From an uncultured Acidobacteriota bacterium (lineage in GTDB: Bacteria > Acidobacteriota > UBA6911), in contig CAWHCF010000038.1 in the NCBI GenBank assembly GCA_963827655.1, positions 128,001 through 192,000 of the forward strand: a stretch of 64,000 nucleotides of DNA, in the 5' to 3' direction. The translations under genes and the position numbers were made by a program. Each line of letters begins with the position of its first letter. The first letter of the stretch is position 1. Below the pieces are notes generated by a model, which worked only from the letters and a program-made list of their open reading frames with translations, was not told the origin of the DNA and did no database searches. This document shows positions 9,886-19,084 of the stretch, piece by piece.

Positions 9886-12708
9886 ATGAAGGATTCGCCC
9901 GCGTATCTGCCGGAGGGGATGAGCATAGCCCCGTTGGAAAAGGCGCCGCCACCCGAACAGTGGGACGATTGGGTTGAGTTCGATGCCAGGGCGTGGCCGC
10001 GCAAAGTGGAAAATCATTACGTGGTGGTTCCCACCACCTGCTTCAATTGTGAAGCTGCTTGCGGGCTTCTCGCCTTCGTCGACAAGAAGGATTGGTCGGT
10101 TCGGCGCATGGAGGGGAATCCCTACCATCCGGCCAGCCGTGGCCGCAATTGCGCCAAGGGACCCGCGACCGTCAACCAGATCAAGGACCCCGAACGCATC
10201 CTCTATCCGCTGAAACGCACCGGTAAACGAGGCGAAGGAAAGTGGCAAAGAGTCAGCTGGGATCAGGTTCTGGAAGAGATCTCATCGGAGATTCGAAAGC
10301 TGATCCTGGCGGGGCGCCGCAATGAAATCATGTACCACGTGGGGCGACCGGGTCACGACGGATACATGGAAAGAGTCCTTCAGGCCTGGGGCATCGACGG
10401 CCATAACAGCCATACCAACGTCTGTTCTTCGGCTGCCCGGCTCGGCTATGACGTGTGGCAGGGACTCGACCGCCCCTCGCCGGACCACGCCAATGCCCGA
10501 TTCATTCTGATGATAAGCTCTCATCTGGAGACCGGGCACTATTTCAATCCTCACGCGCAAAGGATCATCGAGGCCAAGCTCAGCGGGGCCAAAATCGCCG
10601 TCATGGACACGCGGCTTTCCAATACCGCCAGCATGGCCGACTACTGGCTGCCGACCTATCCCGGGACTGAAACGGCCGTGCTTCTCGCCATGGCTCGCCT
10701 CTTGTTGGGCGAAGGTCTGATCGACAAGGACTTTGTCCGGCGCTGGACCAACTGGCGGCAGTTCATGTCTGAAGAGAAGGGGAAGGGCGACGCGAGCTTC
10801 GAAGAATTCCTCGCTGCCCTCCGGGAGATCTATTCTGAATTCACGCCGGCATTCGCCGAACAGGAGAGCGGGATTCCGGCGCAGCAGATCGTCGAGGTGG
10901 CTCGCGAGATTGGTCGCGCGGGATCAGCGTTCGCGACACATGTCTGGAGGAGCGCCGCCAGCGGCAACCTGGGCGGATGGCAGGTTTCGCGCGCCCTGGA
11001 GTTTCTGAACGTGCTGACCGGGAGCGTGGGGACGCGCGGTGGAACTTCCCCCGCCGGCTGGGACAAGTTCGTACCTGTGCCCTTCGCGGTGCCCGACGGA
11101 CAGGACGAATGGAACGAACTCATGTGGCCTCGCGAATACCCGCTGGCCCATCACGAAATGAGTTACCTCCTCCCCTATTTCCTCAAGGAGGGGCGAGGCA
11201 GGCTGGGTGTCTACTTTACTCGGGTTTACAACCCGGTCTGGACCAATCCTGATGGAGCTTCCTGGATCGAAGTTCTGCGCGACGAGGACAAGGTGGGGAT
11301 GCATGCCGCGCTCACGCCCATCTGGAGCGAAACTGCCTGGCTGGCTGACTACGTTCTCCCCATGGGGGTAGGCGGCGAACGGCACGACCTGCAGAGCCAG
11401 GAAACGCACGCCGCGCGCTGGATTGCTTTCCGTCAGCCGGTTGTCCGTGTGGCGCGCGAGCGGGGCGGCGAGAAATTCCAGTTCACCTATCTGGCCAATC
11501 CCGGCGAGGTCTGGGAAGAGGACGAATTCTGGATAAACCTCTCCTGGCGCATCGACCCTGACGGCGGAATGGGGATTCGGAGATTCTTCGAGTCCCCGTA
11601 TCACCCGGGCGAGCGCGTGACGGTTGAAGAGTACTATCGCTGGATCTTTGAAAACAGCGTTCCTGGTTTGCCTGAGTCAGCCGCCAGGGAAGGTTTATCC
11701 CCGCTGGAGTACATGCGCAAGTACGGCGCCTTTGAAGTCAAGCAGGAGGTCTATGACTTGCAGAACGAGCCGCTCAACTTCGAGCAATTCAAACGCGCAC
11801 GCGTGGACGAGTTTGATCGAGTGCTGGTCGAGAGGAACGGCAGAACGGAACCGGTGGGTCTGCTGGTCGACGGAAAGGCCGTCGTTGGATTTCCCACGCC
11901 CTCGCGCAGGCTGGAATTCTTTTCCGGCACATTGAAAGAGTGGGGCTGGGGGGAATACGCCTTGCCGGCGTACATCCGCAGCCACGTTCACTGGACTTCG
12001 CTCGATCGAGAAAAGGGTGAATATGTACTGATTTCCACCTTCCGCCTTCCTACTCTGATCCACACCAGGTCGGGAAATGCGAAATGGCTGAATGAGATCT
12101 CTCACAGCAATCCGCTTTGGATGCACCCGACCGATGCGCGTCGCATCGGCGTGTCGACTGGAGACCTGATCAAGGTCAACACGGCCATCGGCCACTTCGT
12201 CCTCCGTACCTGGGTCACCGAAGGTATTCGTCCGGGAGTGGTCGCGTGTTCCCATCACATGGGCCGCTGGCGTATCACCGAAGAGGATGGGACGGACCGC
12301 TGGTGCTCCGCGCTGGTGAAAATCGAAGAGGAAGCGAATGGAATCTGGCGCATCCGGCAGATTCACGGAGTCCGTCCCTTCAAGAGCGGAGATCCTGATT
12401 CAGAACGGATCTGGTGGCAAGATGCCGGAGTTCACCAGAACCTGACCTTTGCGTCCCAGCCCGATCCCGTCAGCGGAATGCATTGCTGGCACCAGAAGGT
12501 GCGCCTCGAGCTCCCGGGTTCCGATGAGACCTATGGCGATATCCTGGTCGACACCAACAAGTCCTTCGCCATTTACCAGCAATGGATTGCCATGACTCGC
12601 CCCGCTCCAGGGCCGGACCATCTTCGCCGTCCCCTCTGGTTCCAGCGTCCCTTTCGGCCCAGGGACAAGGCATTCTATTTCGATGGCGTGGAAAAAAAAT
12701 ACCACTAA
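9886..12708 (+). CDS. Molybdopterin-dependent oxidoreductase catalytic subunit (DMSO reductase superfamily, PsrA/TtrA-like)
   Basis: TTCFNCEAACG...GRNCAKG FS0 motif, HNSHTNVCS with putative Mo-ligand Cys, molydop-binding C-terminus. Confidence 0.92.
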   Translation: MKDSPAYLPEGMSIAPLEKAPPPEQWDDWVEFDARAWPRKVENHYVVVPTTCFNCEAACGLLAFVDKKDWSVRRMEGNPYHPASRGRNCAKGPATVNQIKDPERILYPLKRTGKRGEGKWQRVSWDQVLEEISSEIRKLILAGRRNEIMYHVGRPGHDGYMERVLQAWGIDGHNSHTNVCSSAARLGYDVWQGLDRPSPDHANARFILMISSHLETGHYFNPHAQRIIEAKLSGAKIAVMDTRLSNTASMADYWLPTYPGTETAVLLAMARLLLGEGLIDKDFVRRWTNWRQFMSEEKGKGDASFEEFLAALREIYSEFTPAFAEQESGIPAQQIVEVAREIGRAGSAFATHVWRSAASGNLGGWQVSRALEFLNVLTGSVGTRGGTSPAGWDKFVPVPFAVPDGQDEWNELMWPREYPLAHHEMSYLLPYFLKEGRGRLGVYFTRVYNPVWTNPDGASWIEVLRDEDKVGMHAALTPIWSETAWLADYVLPMGVGGERHDLQSQETHAARWIAFRQPVVRVARERGGEKFQFTYLANPGEVWEEDEFWINLSWRIDPDGGMGIRRFFESPYHPGERVTVEEYYRWIFENSVPGLPESAAREGLSPLEYMRKYGAFEVKQEVYDLQNEPLNFEQFKRARVDEFDRVLVERNGRTEPVGLLVDGKAVVGFPTPSRRLEFFSGTLKEWGWGEYALPAYIRSHVHWTSLDREKGEYVLISTFRLPTLIHTRSGNAKWLNEISHSNPLWMHPTDARRIGVSTGDLIKVNTAIGHFVLRTWVTEGIRPGVVACSHHMGRWRITEEDGTDRWCSALVKIEEEANGIWRIRQIHGVRPFKSGDPDSERIWWQDAGVHQNLTFASQPDPVSGMHCWHQKVRLELPGSDETYGDILVDTNKSFAIYQQWIAMTRPAPGPDHLRRPLWFQRPFRPRDKAFYFDGVEKKYH

Positions 12709-12790
12709 GACTCAAAGACACGAAGAAACACTAAGGTTGCCGAAACGCTGAGAATTCAGGTTAACATCCAGCCGAACTCAACTAGGGAGG

Positions 12791-13144
12791 ATGACTGTGA
12801 AAAGACTAACATTTGGGATTCTGGCACTCTTTCTGGCAGGCGCAGTTTCCAGCTTCGCGGCCGAAGCAACCTTGACCGGCAAGATCAGCGACGACATGTG
12901 CGGGGCGAGCCACAAGGGAATGGAGCACGGGGGCAAGCAGGCGAACGATCGGGACTGCACCCTTGCTTGCGTCAAGGGTGGTTCCAAATACGTTTTCGCC
13001 AGCGATGGTAAGGTCTACGCCGTCGAAAACCAGAGTTTCGCAGGCTTGAAAGAGCACGCGGGGCACACCGTGCAGCTCACGGGCGAGATGAGCGCCGACA
13101 AGAAGACGATCAAGGTTTCGAAGATCGAAATGCCTAAAAAATAA
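12791..13144 (+). CDS. Small exported OB-fold-like protein with Cys/His/Met motif
   Basis: GGGAGG RBS, signal peptide, GKISDDMCGASH...CTLACVKGG. Confidence 0.8.
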   Translation: MTVKRLTFGILALFLAGAVSSFAAEATLTGKISDDMCGASHKGMEHGGKQANDRDCTLACVKGGSKYVFASDGKVYAVENQSFAGLKEHAGHTVQLTGEMSADKKTIKVSKIEMPKK

Positions 13145-13183
13145 GAAAGCGGCGGACCAAGAGTTCGCGTGTTTGTTACAACC

Positions 13184-15635
13184 TCACAAAGCGACTTTCC
13201 GCAGGCGCAGAGCGTTCACAATGACTGACACCGAGCTGAAGGTCATGGCTGCGCTTGCAATCATCGGGCTGAGCAGGAGCCCGAAAAAGGGATAAAGGAT
13301 ACCTGCGGCGACCGGCACGCCCAGGGCGTTGTACACGAAGGCGAAGAAGAGATTCTGGCGGATGTTTCGCATGACCGCCTTGCTGAGGCGCCGGGCCCGC
13401 ACGATTCCGCGCAGGTCTCCCTTGACCAGCGTTATGTCGGCGGATTCGATCGCTATGTCGGTGCCGGTCCCCATCGCTATGCCGACATCAGCCTGGGCGA
13501 GCGCCGGCGCGTCGTTGATGCCGTCTCCTGCCATTGCCACCCTGTGCCCACCTTCCTGTAGCCGCTTGACGACCTGGTTCTTCTGCTCGGGGAGAACCTC
13601 GGCCTCGACCCGATCGATAGAGAGCGCGCGGGCAACGGCCTGCGCCGTGGGCAGATTATCGCCCGTGACCATGACGATCTGAATTCTCTCGCTGTGCAGC
13701 GTTCGGATGGCTTCAGGCGTCGAGTCCTTGATCGGGTCGGCGACCCCGAGCAGGCCTTCAACCCTTCCATCAACCGTGACAAAGATGACGGTCTGTCCTT
13801 TTTGACCCAGCTCTTCCGCGAGCTTCAGCAGATCTCCGGGAGAGACTCCGAGCTCGTCGAGCATCTGGCGATTGCCCAGCGCGACCGAACGTCCTTTTAC
13901 CTTGCCGATTACCCCTTTCCCGGTGAGCGACCGGAAATTTTCGGGTTCAACCGGATCCACACCTCGTTCCTTTGCGCCTTGGACAACGGCATTGGCCAGA
14001 GGATGTTCGCTGGCGCGTTCCAGGCTGGCCGCGAGCTGCAACAATTCCGCTTCTCGTTGTTTGTCTTCGGGCCCGGCGACCGAAACCAACCGCGGCTTTC
14101 CTTGAGTGAGCGTTCCCGTTTTATCCACGATGACGGTTTCGACCTTTTCCATGATCTCGAGCGTTTCACCGTTTCTGACCAGGACCCCGGCCTTGGCGCC
14201 GCGGCCGACGCCGACCATAATCGACATGGGCGTAGCCAGCCCGAGAGCGCACGGGCACGCGATTATCAGCACGGCGATGGCATTCAGTAGTGCGTATGCC
14301 AGGCGCGGTTCGGGGCCGAAGAGCGCCCAGAGCACGAACGTGAGCGCCGCTATGGCGACCACCGCCGGGACGAAGTAGGTCGAAATTGTATCGGCCAGCC
14401 GCTGGATCGGAGCCCGGCTCCGCTGGGCCTCTCCCACGAGCCGCACTATCCGGGCCAGGAGCGTGTCTGCCCCGACCCGCTCCGCTCGCATGATGAACCC
14501 ATGAGTTCCGTTGATAGTGCCTCCCGTGACTCGATCGCCCGGTTTCTTTTCAACCGGGAGCGACTCTCCGGTAACCATCGATTCGTCGAGCGAGGTCGTT
14601 CCCTCAAGTATCACGCCGTCGACGGGCACCTTTTCTCCGGGACGAACCCGGATGCGATCGCCGGGCCTTAGTTGATCAAGAGGGAGATCTTCGTCCCTGC
14701 CGTCGGGGCGGATGACCCGTGCAGTTTTGGGGGCCAGGTCCAGCAGCTCGCGGATAGCGCTGCGGGTCTGGTTCCGCGCCCGCAGCTCGAGCACCTGCCC
14801 GAGCAATACCAGCACCGTTATGACTGCCGCTACTTCAAAGTAGACCGCGATCTCTGCGCCATGGCTGCGGAAGGAGTGGGGAAAAATCTCGGGTATTACG
14901 GTGGCGACCACGCTGTAAAAGTAGGCAGTCCCGGTGCCGAGCGCAATCAGCGTGAACATATTGGGACTGCGGTTAATTATCGAGGCCCATCCACGGCGGA
15001 AGAAGGGCCATCCACCCCAGAGCACCACCGGAGTCGCGAGCGCAAATTGGATCCAGTTGAGAAGTCCTCCCGAAGTCTCGGGGAAGACTCTCCGGCCCAG
15101 GGCCATCTCCGTCATCGACAGGAGCAGAAGCGGGAACGTCAGGATGAGCCCGATCCAAAACCGGCGTGTCATGTCCAGCAGCTCGACATCGACCTCTTCT
15201 TCACCACCGATCGCGCGCGGCTCGAGCGCCATTCCGCAGATGGGACACGCTCCCGGCTCCCGTCGCACGATTTCCGGGTGCATTGGACAGGTGTAGTCCG
15301 TACTCGGAATTGCGGCGCGCCCCGCGCGCGGCTCCAGCGCCATGCCACATCGGGGACAAGGTCCGGCCTTCTCTTGCCTGACTTCGGGATGCATCGGACA
15401 GGTGAAATCGCCGCCGGGCTCGGTGGTCTTTGACGCATCTGCCGTCAACGAGAGTTGCACGAGGGGCTTGTTCAGGTAGGTCGTCGGGCCTTGCGCGAAA
15501 GCGCTCCAGGCAGTGCAGGCTGCAGAAGAAGTATTCCTGGCCCGCGTGAGAGTACGCGCCGGCGGCAGAGGCTGGATCGACGGACATGCCGCACACAGGA
15601 TCCTTCACCGCGGTTCGATTCTTGCTGTTGTGCAT
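13184..15635 (-). CDS. copA: Cu+-translocating P1B-type ATPase with YHS and YTCPMHP metal-binding domains (indel ~15470)
   Basis: DPVCGM YHS, TCPMHPE x2, [36 protein letters not shown]. Confidence 0.92.
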
Positions 15636-15816
15636 CCTTTCCATAGCGTTAACGGAGTCGGAGGGCGCAACCAAAATTGATCTTCGGGTTTCTTCGTGTC
15701 TTGGTGGTGGCTTTTGTTTTTACGCGCTAAACCGCCAAGACGCGAAGAGCCGCTCACATGTTAGTATGAAGTCGTCAAAGTTAGCCAAGGAACCTCACCC
15801 GAAGCCGGAGAATAGC

Positions 15817-17380
15817 ATGCGGCGCGTCAGACGTTCGCCTAAACCGATTGACCGGAGAAGCTTCCTGCGTGACACAGGACTCTTAGGGCTTTCTCTTGGT
15901 TTTCCTTATATCAACATCAGCACGGCAGGGGGCGCCCAGTTCTCGTCAAACCCCTTTGCTCTGGGAGTAGCTTCCGGCGACCCGCTGCCCGACGCAATCG
16001 TACTGTGGACGCGTCTCGCGCCCCAACCAATGCAAGGCGGAGGCATGCCCCCGGCCGCTGTCTCGGTGGAATGGCAAGTCGCCGCAGACGAAAAGATGGG
16101 CAAGGTCATTAAACGCGGGACGGCAACGGCGTCGACTGACATGGCGCACTCGGTGCACGTCGATGTGCGCGGTCTCGAACCCGCGCGCTGGTACTGGTAC
16201 CAGTTCAAAGCCGGATCTCATGTCAGCCCGGTCGGCCGAACCCGCACTGCTCCTGCAACCGGCTCCGAAGTCGACCGGCTGAAACTTGCCTTCGTCTCAT
16301 GCCAGCACTACGAGCACGGTTTCTTTGTTTCATACCGCCACATGGCCGCCGAGGATCTCGATCTGGTGATTCACCTCGGTGATTACATCTACGAAGGCGC
16401 AGCCCAGACTACCGGCGTCCGGCAACATCACGGCGGCGAGATCAAGACGCTGGAGGAATACCGGAATCGCCACGCGCAGTACAGGACGGACCCCGACCTG
16501 CAGAAGGCGCATGCGCTGTTTCCGTGGATTGTTACCTGGGATGATCATGAGGTGGACAATAACTACGCAAACGAAGCCGAAGAGCGGGGCGCGCCCAGGC
16601 AGGAATTTCTGGCCCGGCGCGCGGCTGCTTACAAAGCGTACTACGAGCATATGCCGCTGCGGCGCGCGTCGCTGCCGCGCGGGCCCAATATGGAGCTCTA
16701 CCGGCGTCTGACTTTCGGAAACCTCGCCGAATTTTCCGTCCTGGACACCCGGCAGTACCGCACCGACCAGCCGTGCGGCGATGGTAATAAACCCCCGTGT
16801 CCCGCGTCGCTGGATGCCGAGCGCGACCATGCTGGGACCTGCGCAGGAGCGATGGCTGTTTCAAGGATTGGATCGTTCGAAAGCCAGATGGAATGTCATC
16901 GCTCAGCAGGTGATGATGGCGCAGGTCGATCGTCGAGCCGGCCCCGACAAGATGTTCAGCATGGATCAGTGGAGCGGCTATGTCGAAGGCAGAAACCGCA
17001 TCCTGAGCTTTCTACGCCGCCGGAAGCCGGCAAATCCGATCGTGCTCACGGGAGACATCCACTCGAACTGGGTGGCAGATCTGAAGACGGACTTCAGCGA
17101 CCCCAAGTCGGAAACGGTGGGCACAGAATTTGTCGGCAGCTCGATCAGTTCCGGTGGTGACGGAGAGGATGTGCCTGCCGGCGTGCAGGCTTATCTCCCG
17201 GAAAATCCGCACATCCGCTTCTTCAATGGCCAGCGGGGCTATGTGCGCTGTGCCCTCACGCCCAGCCGCTGGCAAACCGACTACCGCATCGTTTCGTCGG
17301 TTACCCGCCAGGATGGAACCATCAGCACTCGGGCTTCGTTCGTGGTGGAAAACGGAAAGCCGGGAGCCGAGCGAGCCTGA
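15817..17380 (+). CDS. phoD: Alkaline phosphatase D, Tat-exported (indel ~16820)
   Basis: DRRSFL Tat motif, [29 protein letters not shown]. Confidence 0.92.
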
Positions 17381-17736
17381 GCGTCTTCATTCTGTGCGGC
17401 CGGTTGCCGCTTTGCCGTCGGCGTCCGCGAAGCCGAACGCGCCGGCGTGTGAATGCAGATCGAAGGGCGTTCCGATTGTGGTGAAGAGACTTCGGTTCTA
17501 TCCATCGGCAAAAGCCCACAAATCCGCCCGAGCAGCGCTTCTTGGCCATCGCGGGCGAGGGGTTTTTATGGTATCGTGCGCTCTTCACCGCGGCGTCACA
17601 TCAAGGAGAAACCAGAAACGAACATGAGACCATCCAGTCCCATTCGCGACCGAGACAGTTCACAGAACGATGAAATTCCCGGCACCCTCCCGCGGGAAGA
17701 GGGCGGCCGAGGGACAGCCGTCCCACGCGTCGGCGA

Positions 17737-19074
17737 GTGCGACTGCGGCGGCGCCGCCGGGTAAGAGGATCAGCAACCAGCGGAGCCACTACTAGGTTGC
17801 TCGCGGGTCATGAATCTGCGCCTCGACCTGTAAAGCGGCTGTCACGCGTCTTTGGGGCGTTGCTTGTGGGTACGCTATGCTTGCTTTCACTGGCATCTCA
17901 GCTCAAGGCCCAGGCTACCTCTCGTGAGGAGGAGATACGACAAGCGCGGACCGACAAACGGGCGCGTCTGTGGCCGGAGCGGACCTCCGGCATTGTCAAG
18001 CTGATCGACAAATATACGGACAGCGGTCTCCTTGAAGGCGCTCGCTTGAAGAGGGGCAATAACGGGATCCAATTTATGCTCGGCGGCATGCGGTCGGGCC
18101 ACGGCACGTCGGCTGGCATTGGCTACCGGCGTGTCGATTTATGGAACGAGAAACTAGCGTTCCGCGCTACGGCTCGTGGAACGCTGCAGGAAGCCTACAT
18201 GTTCGACCTGGAGATGGACTTGTCCCGGCTCACCAATCAACGTCGCAGCGAGCTGCGTTTCTACGCGAAATACGAAAACTCGCCGCAAATGGACTACTAC
18301 GGTCCAGGACAGGATTCGCGCAAAGAAGACCGCACCAGCTACCGGCTGGAAGATACCAGCATCGACTTCAGAGGCCGGTACCGGGTATGGAAGGGACTCT
18401 GGTTGGGCTTCACGGGCGGTTTCTACGCGCCGAACACCGGACCCGGAAAACGAGACGGCTTCCCCTCGACTGAAGAGAAGTTTACTCCTGACCAGACACC
18501 CGGTATTGACCATCAACCGAACTTTCTGCGGGCGGGGTTTACCGTGCAGTACGACTACCGTGACCTGCCTACCGGTCCGCGCTCCGGGGGGAACTACTAC
18601 GTCCACTTGAGGCGCTACTGGGATCAAGACCTCGGGCGGCACACCTTCAACAGCTGGGACTCGGCGGTGGAGCAGTATTTCCCGTACTGGAACAGGACCC
18701 GCGTCGTGGCTTTGCGTCTGGCCATGGTTGCCACCCAAGCCGGTGAGGGACAGACCATTCCGTTTTACTTGGAGCCCACTCTGGGCGGAAACGATATGCT
18801 GCGAGGGTTTGAACGGTACCGGTTCTATGACCAGAGCTCACTGCTGGCCACCCTCGAACACCGCTGGCACCTCTTCTCGGGCGGGCACGCCGCCATCTTT
18901 GCCGAGGCGGGGAAAGTGGCTCCGGCGGCCAGCCATCTCAATCTGGCCAAGGCGAAATATGCCGGTGGCATCGGGTTTCGATTCACGCTGCGAGAGGCTG
19001 TGATCATGCGCCTCGACAACGCGATCAGCAACGAAGGGTATCGGTTTATGTGGACCTTCTCAAACATGTGGTGA
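17737..19074 (+). CDS. Omp85/BamA-TamA family beta-barrel without POTRA domains (start uncertain)
   Basis: Signal peptide-like SQLKAQA, LGGNDMLRGFERYRF lid motif, GGIGFRF, aromatic C-terminus. Confidence 0.85.
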   Translation: MRLRRRRRVRGSATSGATTRLLAGHESAPRPVKRLSRVFGALLVGTLCLLSLASQLKAQATSREEEIRQARTDKRARLWPERTSGIVKLIDKYTDSGLLEGARLKRGNNGIQFMLGGMRSGHGTSAGIGYRRVDLWNEKLAFRATARGTLQEAYMFDLEMDLSRLTNQRRSELRFYAKYENSPQMDYYGPGQDSRKEDRTSYRLEDTSIDFRGRYRVWKGLWLGFTGGFYAPNTGPGKRDGFPSTEEKFTPDQTPGIDHQPNFLRAGFTVQYDYRDLPTGPRSGGNYYVHLRRYWDQDLGRHTFNSWDSAVEQYFPYWNRTRVVALRLAMVATQAGEGQTIPFYLEPTLGGNDMLRGFERYRFYDQSSLLATLEHRWHLFSGGHAAIFAEAGKVAPAASHLNLAKAKYAGGIGFRFTLREAVIMRLDNAISNEGYRFMWTFSNMW

Positions 19075-19084
19075 TGCGAAATCC

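Noticed and set aside
16800-16830. Programmed frameshifting in phoD, copA or the carboxyltransferase
   Set aside because: No slippery sites, and similar indels occur throughout the window.
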